A stretch of 63,705 nt of DNA, filler included, from Rhabdomonas costata (GCA_019059605.1; 38 parts of 38 records of this genome joined end to end with filler, not necessarily neighbours in it), one strand, 5' to 3'; numbered from the whole stretch's first letter, positions 1-11,763 are shown. The notes: generated from the sequence alone by a model not told the origin. Made by a program: numbers and translations.

Positions 1-2
1 GG

Positions 3-269
3 TTGTGTGGTGGAGTGCGGTGGCCCTTTTGGGCGTGGATTCGCACATGGTGAGGTGTGGTGTGAAGTGCATGCCTGATTTTGGGAGTCTTTGTCCAAAC
101 GGCAGGATATGGCAAAAGCAATGCCCCTTGGGGGGGGATTTTGTGTTGTGTTGCCTTCGCCCTCATCGGGAACGTCATTGGGCTTACCTTGGGCCAGCCT
201 CGACGTGCTTTAGTTGGGTTCATAATCATGATCATGTTTGTGCAACTGTGGTATATGGGTAGTAGGTAA
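3..269 (+). CDS. Candidate mitochondrial gene piece: hydrophobic, Nad6-like, read with TGA=Trp
   Basis: With TGA=W the frame is open from the contig edge: LCGGVRWPFWAWIRTWWGVVWSACLILGVFVQTAGYGKSNAPWGGILCCVAFALIGNVIGLTLGQPRRALVGFIIMIMFVQLWYMGSR*. It has about three TM segments and two in-frame TGA in hydrophobic context. Resemblance to Nad6 TM1-3 is by eye only. Confidence 0.3.
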
Positions 270-1170
270 GCAGTCAGATGAGCAAGGTTTCGCCCCCCTG
301 CCGCTGTCTCACGCCCGCTGCACAGTGATATGGGCCCAGCAGTGAAGGTGCTGCTGTTGGCGTTCTGTTGTGCGTCCCATGGTGGGTACTGGGTTTTTGA
401 TTCGCAAGAAACTGCTTGCATGCCTCTTTGGGAGGATTTTCAGATCGGCGGCTTTACCAGATGAAATCGTTTCTACCGCTACAAGACAAAAGGTTCACAT
501 GTGCGGGTTACAATCTAGGCTGTGGAGGCCAACCGACCGGCAAGGCCATTGCACGGCCAGCTGCCGCATCCTCAAGCTTAGCCCGGAGCAGCATGGCCAG
601 AGTTTGCTGCAAAATGATTCTGATCTCAACGTTTTACCCAACAAGGTTTCATTTTATGCATGGTGCCAGCCGAGAGAGAGCATTTGCGTTAATACATGAT
701 GTTTAACCTAATACAGTTTTGGTGATTTTCATCAGCAATCCCATCAATACACGATTGCTTATCTTTCAATACAAAAAAGAAGTAAGTTTAGTTCACTATG
801 GGCATATAATCATAATCGTCATAATCGTTCATAATGAGCAGCGGGTGAGCGCGTTGGAGGTTGAGGCTGTGGACAAATGGAGATCCTTTTTGTGATGGCG
901 GATTCCTGAAAGATGCGCCGGAGACTGTAATGGATCTCATCGAAGAGATAAAGTTGAATAAAAAGCCCTCAGAATGAATAGACGTAGCAAATGGTTCATG
1001 CAAAGCAGGCCCACGAAGCGTAAGATGTAAGAGTTTACGAAGCGTAGCGGATTAGGGTAGAAGGACACAGCGGGTGCGTAGCCGTAGAAGGACACATCAT
1101 GCATCTCTTCACTCTTCCTCTTGAGAGGGTAATGATAACAAGCAGCGGCCACCGTCGTCACCACCAGCAT

Positions 1171-1319
1171 CCTCTCAACGCCCTGAAACCCGACACTGCT
1201 ACCACAACTACCAGCAATGTGTTGTAGGTTTATAGTAGCAGCCTTGACCACCATCAGGAGGAAAAGCATAATAAGCACTAGCATCGTACCAACATCAACA
1301 TAGTGCGTAGACTGACAGG
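1171..1319 (-). other. Cassette flanked by short inverted repeats, holding a candidate mitochondrial gene module
   Basis: Minus frame reads HYVDVGTMLVLIMLFLLMVVKAATINLQHIAG, loosely like Nad5 'GKSAQIPLH'. It lies between CCTCTCA (1171-1177) and TGACAGG (1313-1319). Flanking motifs are shared with contig 27. Confidence 0.3.
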
Positions 1320-1421
1320 GCGGTTATGCCCCTACCAAATCACCGGTTGGCATTGGCACTACGGCAGGTACAACACTGACACGACCACCACACAGTAGGT
1401 GTAATGCATCAGGTGGAGGGA

Positions 1422-1570
1422 TGTATGTTACTCCTACGCCTCTACTCTTACACTGTACCACTACAACTAACACATACATAGTACTAACTTACTAATATGG
1501 TAAGTTAGTACTATGTATGTGTTAGTTGTAGTGGTACAGTGTAAGAGTAGAGGCGTAGGAGTAACATACA
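1422..1570. repeat. Terminal fold-back inverted repeat (71-bp arms), probable amplification chimera
   Basis: 1422-1492 is the reverse complement of 1500-1570, with a 7-nt loop, at the contig end. Confidence 0.9.
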
Positions 1571-1579
1571 CCCCCCCAC

Positions 1580-1679
1580 NNNNNNNNNNNNNNNNNNNNN
1601 NNNNNNNNNNNNNNNNNNNNNNNTTAATTAATTAANNNNNNNNNNNNNNNNNNNNNNNNNNNNNNNNNNNNNNNNNNNN
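1580..1679. other. Artificial contig linker N44-TTAATTAATTAA-N44 (first of 37, one about every 1.68 kb)
   Basis: The same 100-nt block recurs throughout the window. The core puts stops in all six frames and contains PacI sites. ORFs containing X runs are artefacts. Confidence 0.99.
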
Positions 1680-1858
1680 GTTTGTTGTTTGCGAACTAGT
1701 TCCAGTTTCAGGTTTACTCACTCACTCACTCACCCTCTCAAGGGGGCATGTGCCGTAAATCTTCCTTTTGTTTTGGTGGCAAAAGAGAGTTTCTTGGTTC
1801 GGCATAGTCCCCACAATCTTCCGTAGCGGTTGGTGTTTGTTGCCTCTACTGGTTTGCC

Positions 1859-1860
<2 letters not shown>

Positions 1861-1888
<28 letters not shown>
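1861..1888. repeat. (CT)n microsatellite
   Basis: Seen directly. Confidence 0.95.
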
Positions 1889-1889
<1 letters not shown>

Positions 1890-3120
1890 GAGTGGATCTC
1901 CACCAGACCTTTATCTCTGCCCTGTCTCCGCGTACGTCTCACTCAAGGGAGGCTTTTCAATATGCTCTGTTGCGATGCAAGTTACACGCGTACAATCTCG
2001 TTTGCTGAAACCGCGGTACCTTTGTTTGGTGTATGGGAAGCTGTGAAAGGACCCTGTCTCCGACGAGGAGAGAGGAGCCGGGCTATTGTGAAGAGAAGGT
2101 CTCTTCTCTCCATGCCATTTACTTCCTTTCCTGCGGTACGCCAGAAGTCCTTTTTGCCGATGCTTTCATACTTGCCCTGCTCTGCTCTGCTACTCCGTCG
2201 CTTGTGACAATGGCCTACCCGTCCTGCAACTTTGCTTCTGTCCCCGTTTCTTCTTTTTGCCCACAATTCATTTTTTTCATGCACGCCCAAACCAAGAACC
2301 TGAATGTAGGTTCTTGTTGGTCAGAAACTTTTTGTCGGGTGCTCCGTGGGACTTTTCTTGTTTTCGGACAGGTCAGCGACACTTCTCCCTTTGGGACGGG
2401 CTGCACGTCACTTTGGTATCTGGAAAAACGCATGAAGCAAGTCGGGTCGGGTGGCGGGGTCGGTGCCTCACCCTACAGCTCTTTCTCTCACTGCCGGAAT
2501 GCGCATCGGAAAGCCTAGGCAAACATGCCTCAAAAGGGGCCAGAAAAGGCCTCTGGCGAAGCTGCCAACCGGAGCATTTCGGCTCACTTCGGGGCCAGCA
2601 TGAAGTAATCCTGGACTCTATGCCAAGCAGCTCCGGTTGAAAAGGTTCAGGAAGCGGGTCAGCAAAGGTCCAAAAAGTGCCTCGAAACGTTAAAATTGTC
2701 CTTTTGGTGCTATCTCGGCGTGGAGAAGGATTCCAAGCCATTTCCGGAGCACCGCAATGGCACCATAAATGCGTCTCACCCCGCCACTGTTGCTCGAGTT
2801 CTGAGGTCACTGCCAGCTCCCCCTCTTTTTACTCTGCGTTATGAAAGGTCGTCTCACGTGACTAGAGTCAGGATTTTCGTTTTCTTTGCCTCCTGGCAGG
2901 AAATGAATAGTTGGGTTGACTGCACAGCATAGCCAAGCCAACTTTAGCCGCTGCCCTCATTGTTGAGGAGCAGCTGATGACGGAAAGCACGTGTTTCGAG
3001 CATAACAAAGGATCGTAGCGCCACCTGTGCCGATTTGGTGACAGGCCCAGTTCAGTTTGAAGCCCTCTGGGCCAACTGAAAGTCCATCTTGTGTTTTCCC
3101 GTGTACCTCGGAAGGTTTGT

Positions 3121-3250
3121 TATCTCAGCAAGGCTTTCGCTTAATATAAAAATTCTATTTTATACTTAACTTATATTTTCTCAACCCACTGTCAAAAGTG
3201 TGCTTGTACGAAAAAGGATTTTTTTATTAAGCGAAAGCCTTGCTGAGATA
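3121..3250. repeat. Terminal fold-back inverted repeat (26-bp arms)
   Basis: 3121-3146 versus 3225-3250, at the contig end. Confidence 0.85.
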
Positions 3251-3632
3251 GCCAACCCACANNNNNNNNNNNNNNNNNNNNNNNNNNNNNNNNNNNNNNN
3301 NNNNNTTAATTAATTAANNNNNNNNNNNNNNNNNNNNNNNNNNNNNNNNNNNNNNNNNNNNTGCCGCTGCAATCCATCAGATCTTACCAAGGTGGAGGTT
3401 CCACCCTCCCTCGGCCCACGGAAGTTTACCAATGCGGCAAATCTTTGCATCGCAAATCGTATTTTACCACCTTTCGGACACGCAACACGCAACACCCGAC
3501 ACATCAAATTGCCTAATAATCCCGACCATGAAACCCCCAAAAGCCATTCGCAAACAGGCAAATGCACATGGTAAACACCAAGATAGGCAATCATCATCGT
3601 CAAAATGAAGCAAAGCATGTGGTATCACATGG

Positions 3633-4940
3633 TTACTTGGGACGTTTTTTGGAGGCACCTTCGCCGTGGGTCTTGTGAGGACGTGAAGAATGTTCTCTGC
3701 GCGGGTTGTCATTGTCCTCCTGCCCTTCCTCCAATGCTTCGCCAGTATCGTCCTTGTCCTTGTCACCATCCCCCAAAACGTCTTTCGCACCTGAATCTTT
3801 GCTCCTGTGCTTGTGGTGACGGTGATGGTGATGCTTCGAAGAACGGTGCTTCTCGGAACTCTCCTCTCCTTTAACTTCCCCGGAACTGAAGCCGCCTTCC
3901 TTCTGCCCTTCTGCATTCATCACATCCTGAGAATTGGAGTCTGTCGGCAAAAGACCTCCCTGAATCACCTCAGCATCAGATTGCTCAAGATCACCGTGCT
4001 TGCGGTGATGGTGCTTGTGCCTCCGATGGGAGTGCTCCTTTTTCCCTTCCTTCCCCGGCTCATCACTTTCAGCCACATTACTGCCAGACTCTTGTCCCTC
4101 CTTCTCACTGTCGTCGTGATGATGGTGGTGGTGACGGTGGCGGTGCTTTTTCTTCCCCGATTCTTGACTGCTCTCCTCTTTTGCACCTTCTTCACTGTCA
4201 AATGCAGTGCTGCCCCCCTCGTCCTCACCCCGACCCTTGTGGCGGTGATGGCGGTGATGGCGACGGTGCTTCTTCCCGTCTGAACCCGGCTCATCTTCAT
4301 GATCATCACCATCAGAAAGTGGCTTATCCGAGGGTTCCGCCTCACGAGCCTCTCTCTCCTTCATGGCTCGCTCTACGGCCTGCCGCTCGGTCTCCCGTTG
4401 GGCTTCCAGCCGGCGCGCCCGCTCCTCGACCGCTCTGCGCTCTTCCTCCTGCTTCCTCTCCCGCGAAGCTCGGGCGAGCTCTTCCGCCTCCTGCTGCTTC
4501 CGGGCCGCCACCTGAGAAAGGATCCGCAGAGCGTGCTCTGCCTTCCTGCGCTCAACCTCCAGAGCTCTCCACTCGGCAGCCTCTGTCCTCTCAATGTCCC
4601 GCCTATATTCATCGGCCTCCTTGCCCAGGTCCTCTGTGAGATGGAGCACGGCCTGGACGGCCTTGCGGGCCTTCTCCTCGTTCTTCTTGCGCTCCCTTTC
4701 CTCCTTCTCCCGCTGTCGTAGGTTGGCCTGCTCCTCGCGCAGGCGCTCCAGCATCTCATCGGCTTTCGTCTTGACATTCAGCTCGGAGGTCTTCCGCTGC
4801 ATGGCGGCAAGCCTGGCCCGCTCCTGCTCCTCCTCTTCACGCTGCTGGGCCTCCCAGGCCAGCCGCTGCAGCCGAGCCCTCTCTTCACGCTCTCTTTCCT
4901 CAGCCTCCAGGGCTTCCATCTCCTGCTTTCGCACCAACAC
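3633..4940 (-). CDS. C-terminal part of a coiled-coil protein with alternating His/Lys-rich and acidic low-complexity blocks (5' partial)
   Basis: 435-codon open frame with coding-like composition. An E/R/A/K helical region is followed by five poly-His/basic tracts. Confidence 0.85.
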   Translation of the reverse strand: MLVRKQEMEALEAEEREREERARLQRLAWEAQQREEEEQERARLAAMQRKTSELNVKTKADEMLERLREEQANLRQREKEERERKKNEEKARKAVQAVLHLTEDLGKEADEYRRDIERTEAAEWRALEVERRKAEHALRILSQVAARKQQEAEELARASRERKQEEERRAVEERARRLEAQRETERQAVERAMKEREAREAEPSDKPLSDGDDHEDEPGSDGKKHRRHHRHHRHKGRGEDEGGSTAFDSEEGAKEESSQESGKKKHRHRHHHHHHDDSEKEGQESGSNVAESDEPGKEGKKEHSHRRHKHHHRKHGDLEQSDAEVIQGGLLPTDSNSQDVMNAEGQKEGGFSSGEVKGEESSEKHRSSKHHHHRHHKHRSKDSGAKDVLGDGDKDKDDTGEALEEGQEDNDNPRREHSSRPHKTHGEGASKKRPK

Positions 4941-6734
4941 CNNNNNNNNNNNNNNNNNNNNNNNNNNNNNNNNNNNNNNNNNNNNTTAATTAATTAANNN
5001 NNNNNNNNNNNNNNNNNNNNNNNNNNNNNNNNNNNNNNNNNTGTGTTTGTGCTACCCTGTTCATCTTCATTTGTGTTTTTCAGGCACTCCACGCCACTGC
5101 TACACCACCACTCCGCGTGTGTGTGTTCCTTTGCTTGCCTTTCTGGTCTCCTTGCTTTTGTACCAGCCAGAGTGCGGCCAACCTCCGCCAACCTGCCGCC
5201 AAGTAGAAGCCCCGCCGCAGCAGGCAGTACCCTGGGCGCCGGGACAGCACGCCTGATGCTAAAAAAAACCAGAACACCAACGCGCACACAAATATACACC
5301 ACTGCACCACTTTTGCTGCACTTGTTGTGCCTTTCGCACACCTTTCCCCGACTCACAAATTCTTTGGCCACACCCTAACACAAACACACACACAGTTTCT
5401 GACATTAGTCGCCCCATAATTTTCTCCGGGGCTCCCCCGCCCCTGGTGGTGGAGGGTTTCACGTTCCTCCTAATTTCAGAAACAGATTCTTTTTCCCCGG
5501 CCAATGATTACTACTTGCCCGGAAACACATACTTCCACAACAAATACTTTTGCCCACATGTCCCCCACAACGAAATCCCCTTTTTGGCCAAATGACCGTT
5601 ATGGCAATTCCCCATTGACCATTGCTTGCACAACACCTGTTGACTTTTTCGTGCTTTTCTTCCTGCTTTTGGTTTCCTTGGGTACCGCTTTTCCCCAGCG
5701 GACCTTTTGGTAACTTGACCCTACCGGCTTGTTTTAAAATTTGCTGCCTCATTAGACCAAAACTAAAGGAATCTAATTCGAAACACCCTTTTGCTAGACC
5801 AAAACTCCCATCCGCACAAAACTACCGGATTTGAACCAAAAACTTAAGCCAATGAATTGTTGTAAATATTTCCCACTCTTTTTGTGCACCTTTGCTTTCA
5901 TTTTTCAAGCTTTTACACACCCTTCTTCCTTTTCTCAATTTCAGTCTTTTTTCAATCCGAAGAACTCAGGTTACAATGCGTGTTTTTTTTTTGGTTCCTT
6001 CTAACGGTTTTGTGTTGGGATTGGAAAATAGAGGTTGGTTTAACTACATTTCTATCGAATCAGCAAAGTATTGTGTATCATGGAACCTGTCCCTGAGCCA
6101 AGCACGCGGTTTGGGAGAACGAGCCCGCTCAGCCTGGTCCTTTTTACCCAGGTGCTTCCGTTCTGCGCGATGCCGCTTAAGAAAAAATTTTCAGTGCGTC
6201 GGGTCCTTGTTCTTTGGCCACGTGCCCGCGGGAACGGTGCCAACTATTAAATCGGAACCGGCGCGCGATTAATAACGAACCAAAGTTTGAATAACTTTCG
6301 TTATTCCCTTGTATCCTCCTTTTGACAAATATCGATAAAGGACAGTTTAAAATTCCAGGACGCTGAAACTATCTTCCGAACGCAAAAGCGGCATCAATTG
6401 AAGACCGGGGATGGCAGGGCGCAAAATGGAAAAGGCGCCGCTTTGGTTATTGCTTTTTATGGGGCGGTTTAAGGCGCAGCTTCTGCGACAAAGTTGCGGA
6501 ATAGGATCCCCGAAAAGCAAATCCCGTTAATGGTTCATGGATGGCCCCATCATCAAGCCCCCGCGGATTCCCCAACCTGCGTGTTTACGACCCTGCCGCG
6601 GCGGCCTTCGAACAAACCAACNNNNNNNNNNNNNNNNNNNNNNNNNNNNNNNNNNNNNNNNNNNNTTAATTAATTAANNNNNNNNNNNNNNNNNNNNNNN
6701 NNNNNNNNNNNNNNNNNNNNNTGCGCTACTGCAG

Positions 6735-8297
6735 ATTCAAATCTTCTTCGAGTGGGTGAAGGCCACGTTAGTGGAGGAATTTTCTTCCAAAGCTTATGGT
6801 CGGCTTTTTCTTTTACCCGCTCCTGCCGGCTCCTGCTTGTAAACTGCTCACATCATTGGCGTGCTGCGTTTAGGAGGAGTTGGAATCGAAAGAAATCGTT
6901 TGGGTAACTTTCGCTGTTCAAAGAGGTAGTTGGTGAAAAGCAACTGTGGCTTCCTTTCAAGCCGTTGACACGTTTCCCCAAAACTCTTCCACTCTTCCGG
7001 ACATGGGGGTGAGGGCCATTTTGCGGCTTCTGTTGGCTTCTGTAGAATCTGGAATCCTGTTTCTTTTGCTTCATGCAAGAGCGGTAAACTCTTTGAAAGT
7101 CTGAACGTAGACGATGAAAGGAAACAAATTTGCGCACACCGCACACACTCTCTTGGCCAACTAAAAGCTGGTACGCAGCTTTAATTACGAATAGCTAGCG
7201 CCCATCTCAGTCTTTTCAAGACTCAATGAAATCTTTCCTAAATACTTTTTTCCTGAATACTTACCCGCTGAAAATGTACAAAAAGTTCCTCACTTGGTGG
7301 CCCCAAATTCAAATTTTGTTGGCAACGTCACTTTAGCATCCCTGCTGCTTGGCAGTGGAAATACTTTCTTTCATTTTCCCTTGTTTTTACTTTTGCAGGA
7401 AGCTTTGCCCTGGATCTTGGCTGTGGAGTTGGCCTTGAAGCTGCGAACTGCTGGAAATCCAGGGGCCGGTTTTATGTGGGAACAGGTGAGTTGCTTTCAG
7501 AACTTTTTCATTATTGTGGGCTTCTGTCGGGGTTACTTTAGGATCTTGTGTACGTTTTGATTCACTTGATCTCCTGCGTTCGATGAATGGTGAACCCGGC
7601 GGTGAATTATATGCTCTCCTTTCTCTTCTTTTGGTACCTTTCATTTTCTCACAAGAGTCCGACCCGCTTAAGGCCACCCAGGCAGAGCTGTTCCTGTCCT
7701 CCTTTGCATTTCACGGCCTCTTCCGAACCGCCGTGGTGTCAGTGGATTGCACAAAGGTATTGTGTCCCTCTACACCTGAACTAACTCAACTTTCCCAATA
7801 ACAATCAATTGGAATTCGAATCCGTTTCAATGTTTAGCCACTCCGCGCCACGCTTGGCGTAACCGCCAGTATCCCAGCACTGCTTTCCAACGGTTTCCCA
7901 GCGTTGTATTGAGCGAGAAGACACAAGGTCAAGAACACCAAGAAGTTGTTGCAAGGGTGCCGCGTAAGACTCCCCTAATGCTCCCCACATTGCACCTAAT
8001 TTTTTTTAAATCGAAATTTCCCACGGCACACAAGCAGCAAACGGCTTCACTGGGCGAAAAAAAATTGAAAAATTGAGCGCAATAACAGAGCACATTTTCG
8101 AGCAGTGAGCGCAACGCAAACACTAGGACAAGAGAGTCCGCAAAAAGAGAAACGGGCGATATGCGCCGAGATTGACCCATCCCAGAATGGATCTGCTCTA
8201 CTCGCCCTCCCCCGTGCTGCACGACAGGGTTGTGGCGGTGAGGGGTGGGTCCATGAGCATCACCATCACCACCATGAACGGCATCCGGAAGAAACAA
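6735..8297 (+). CDS. Class I SAM-dependent methyltransferase fragment (3-4 exons)
   Basis: Exons 6735-6798, 7399-7485, 7656-7756 and probably 8228 to the contig end join in phase through GT-AG introns: ...KAYGSFALDLGCGVGLEAANCWKSRGRFYVGTESDPLKATQAE...VVSVDCTK|GCGGEGWVHEHHHHHH. Motif I (LDLGCGxG) and the acidic residue after beta-2 are present. Confidence 0.8.
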
Positions 8298-8452
8298 AAC
8301 ANNNNNNNNNNNNNNNNNNNNNNNNNNNNNNNNNNNNNNNNNNNNTTAATTAATTAANNNNNNNNNNNNNNNNNNNNNNNNNNNNNNNNNNNNNNNNNNN
8401 NAAGCGCCAGAAACAAGGGCTACATCCCACAGGCGGCAGGATGGTGCAGTAC

Positions 8453-9466
8453 CAGATAGGGCATTCCTCGGGCAGAACCTCCAGCCAAATCAATGGCCTT
8501 CAGGGAAGCCGACCGGAAAGTCTCCCTGCGGCTATCTGCGGGGACCACAAAAAAATACGACCGATCGAAATACACATGTATCTCATCGGCACAACTACTG
8601 TAATGAACCCCCCGCCCCCCTGAAAGCAACAAGACATACGGGGGTCCTCGGGGGAGAGCGGTGACTTCACCGTGGAACTGATGGCGATTGTGGCCTCGGT
8701 ACCTCGCTCCGGGAAGGGCGTGGAGCGGGCCAGAGGTCTGAGGGACACGGCGCAACTGGGGTGTCACGTTTCCAGAAATTTTTACAGGGGCACCTGCAAA
8801 ATTGGAATTATATTTCATTGGCACCAAACTGGCCCAGCACTTCGAGTCACACTCATTATCAAACAGGAAGAGTGCATGCCCTCCCTCCGAGGGCCAAACA
8901 TTTCGGAATACCGCATGAGAATGTAACGGCTGGGGAAAAATGAGAGCGAGGACAGCGCACCCGAACTGCAGTGAGGCGATGAACCCGCTGAACTGCTCCG
9001 GGGTGGTCTCCGGAGTGACAGTGAAGTTGTGACAACTGAAGACCGGGCCCAGCAGAGCCCGCAGAACCTACCGGAGGTCCGCCCGCAAACAGGGATTATA
9101 CTCAAACTTCCCTTTGCGCGGGGCTCCTTGTGTTAATCGGCTTGCTCTGAGCCGGCTGTGTGGCTTGTCCGGAGGCACTAGCCTCCTTCGAGCGAACAGG
9201 GAGAGAATCGAAAACAATAAAGCAAACAAGACACTTTCTTTCCCTAAGCACTGATCAAGACGCATCGCAGGCGGGATAGGAAGTTGCGGTTTTTTGAGAG
9301 GAAAAAACGCCAAGCGCTGAAGGGTATGGCAAGGATGAGCGCAAGCCTCGGAGAAGAAGGACTTCCAGTGCATCGCGGCGGCTTCCGTTATGTCCAGCAG
9401 GACGTGCCCCTCCCGCACCAAGAAAGCGCAGCACAGCAGCCGCAGCAGGGCGTCCACGCTTAGCAT
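8453..9466 (-). CDS. MoxR-like AAA+ related protein, N-terminal part, with no Walker A motif (4 exons)
   Basis: Exons 9466-9347 (GC donor), 9067-8961, 8737-8640 and 8535-8453 are in phase: MLSVDALLRLLCCAFLVREGHVLLD...VLRALLGPVFSCHNFTVTPETTPEQFSG. The exon chain is solid; the family call is by eye. Confidence 0.5.
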
Positions 9467-9887
9467 CGCTTTAGAGGAACGCTACCTCAGTGAACACCTC
9501 GAAAAAAGCATACACACACCCTCGAAGACCACGGAGGTCGTGCCGTAACCACCGCCACCTACCAACGAAGTGGAGAGAAGGAGGTAAGGCGCTCAAAGAA
9601 GGGGGTTGCTGCAAAGAGACGAAACAGAGAGAGGGGGAGAGAGACAATTCTGGTGTGTGTGCAACACCATTCCTACACGGCCACTGAGTACCTTTCTAAA
9701 TGCGTGGCTGCGTGGACGCATCTGAAAGTGGAAGTGCTGTAGCGCCATGCAATTTACGAATTCAACAGTATACTTTCCCCATATTCAGGTCATTGCCTTT
9801 TGTCCGGCGAAGGGTGTCCCCAGTTCTTGCTCCGGCCGCCGTTCTGACTTTTCTGTCTGAGGTTGGGTGTCTGGGGTTGGGGTGACC

Positions 9888-9967
9888 CGTGACGCCGAGA
9901 CCCTTCACTCAAGATTTTCTGCAGACGCATACCCCCCCCCCCTTCTGTGAAGGGTCTCGGCGTCACG
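9888..9967. repeat. Terminal fold-back inverted repeat (21-bp arms)
   Basis: 9888-9908 versus 9947-9967. Confidence 0.8.
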
Positions 9968-10350
9968 AGTCAACACACCCNNNNNNNNNNNNNNNNNNNN
10001 NNNNNNNNNNNNNNNNNNNNNNNNTTAATTAATTAANNNNNNNNNNNNNNNNNNNNNNNNNNNNNNNNNNNNNNNNNNNNGGTTGGGTTGCCTGGAATTC
10101 CCATATTTTCACTTTTTCAGAATTTCTTCATCATTCTTTTTTCCTTAAGAATAAACGGGAATTCCAGGCTACCCTGAGCCAATTAACAGAGGAACAGATG
10201 AAGAGGCGCATGAAGGAGTTTTTGTGTGTGAGCTGATTCTCTTATCATCTAAGATAACGGATTGCTGGCGCTTCGAGAAGTGGCAACTTGGCCGGCCTTT
10301 CGTTCCACCTGGAGTATCGAATCTTTGAGGGAGGGGGTAGGGTGCCGTGC

Positions 10351-11309
10351 CTCGGCGTCCCAGAAGGCTAACTTCTGGTCCAGGAGATGCTGTGCCATGG
10401 GGCGGAGGTACTCGTTGAAGCCCGCGACCTGCGGAGCGACGTTGAGGAAGGAGTGGGCGCGGCTGCTGAGGCTGAAGTAGTCCACAATCCGGACAAGGTC
10501 GATGCCGTGTGGGAAGCTGCCCAGCCGCCCCACGCACTCCTGGAACGCGGCGGCGGCCGCGCGCCTCACGTTGACCTCCCTGCCAAGTGCGCAATGTGCG
10601 TCACATGTGCCGTGAAAATGGATCAAGGCCTGAAGCAGACAGCAATACTGACAAAAATGTGGGCTAGGCAAAGCAGGTGTGGGGTCTTCTATATATACGG
10701 CAGGACTCCTGAAATGTTACGTGTGGGTCCGTTACGGGTCCGTTACGTGCGGGCAAAGGCACACGCACAATGTATCTACACCCAGATAGTGCCCCATATG
10801 ACCGAATATGGGTCCAGACGAGCGTACGCGTACAATGTGGTGGGGCAGCTTCCACAAAAGGCAATCTGACAACTTCGTGCGGCAGTGTTCCAAGAACAAA
10901 ACGCACCCCATAAATTTCGGAAATGAAGCACACAACAGCTACGACAGGGTGACCACGTTTCCAGAAAAAAGCTTCCAACACCAAAGTATACCTGCCGTTG
11001 CTCAGTGTTACCACACCGACAGGTGAGGGGAGTAAAATATCAAACACCAAACAAAGCGCCAATGGACCACAAGGCTGCAAGACCTGCAGGGCCGAACGAC
11101 CCATAGGTACTTTTTCAGGGAGATAGCAATTCACCCCGGGGCGTGCACCGAATGTTCAAAGTGGGAAACCATGAGAACACTATAAACGTGTTATTCGCCT
11201 CACCTATCGAAGACCGCAGTGATAATCAGCTGCTGTGAGACTTGCGGAACAAAGGCCATGAAATCCGCTGGCCGGTAGGCTCGAGCGAAGGCCCAGCAAA
11301 CGTAGCAGC
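10351..11309 (-). CDS. TBCD: Tubulin-folding cofactor D, internal fragment (2 exons)
   Basis: Exons 11309-11204 and 10579-10351 give CYVCWAFARAY...[41 protein letters not shown]...KLAFWD, the diagnostic TBCD sequence. Confidence 0.95.
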
Positions 11310-11763
11310 CTGAGCGCACGCAGCACTCCAGAGAGCGAGAAAGCATGTGACATTCCCAGCAAAAACACGGGGGGGGGGGCACGAATCCATCTACTTAAGC
11401 AGATAACTCTGACCTAACTCTGACCCTCACGATTGTCACCACAATCACTCGAAACCGCAACCGCTGGAGAGGCACCTTCTCACTTCACGCTCTCACCTCG
11501 CAATCCCATGTTCGAAGGACATTAGTCATTAGTAATTAGTAGGCAAATGCATAGTCCGGCCGCAAATCTCAAACAACAATTTATGGCACGACCGCAACCT
11601 GCACCATTTCAAATCCCCCCTCCCCCCTCGCAAACCTGCGTCCCGCACATTCGCCCCCACGGCNNNNNNNNNNNNNNNNNNNNNNNNNNNNNNNNNNNNN
11701 NNNNNNNTTAATTAATTAANNNNNNNNNNNNNNNNNNNNNNNNNNNNNNNNNNNNNNNNNNNN

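Noticed and set aside
3807-4989. Several long plus-strand ORFs
   Set aside because: They are antisense shadows of the 435-aa minus-strand CDS.
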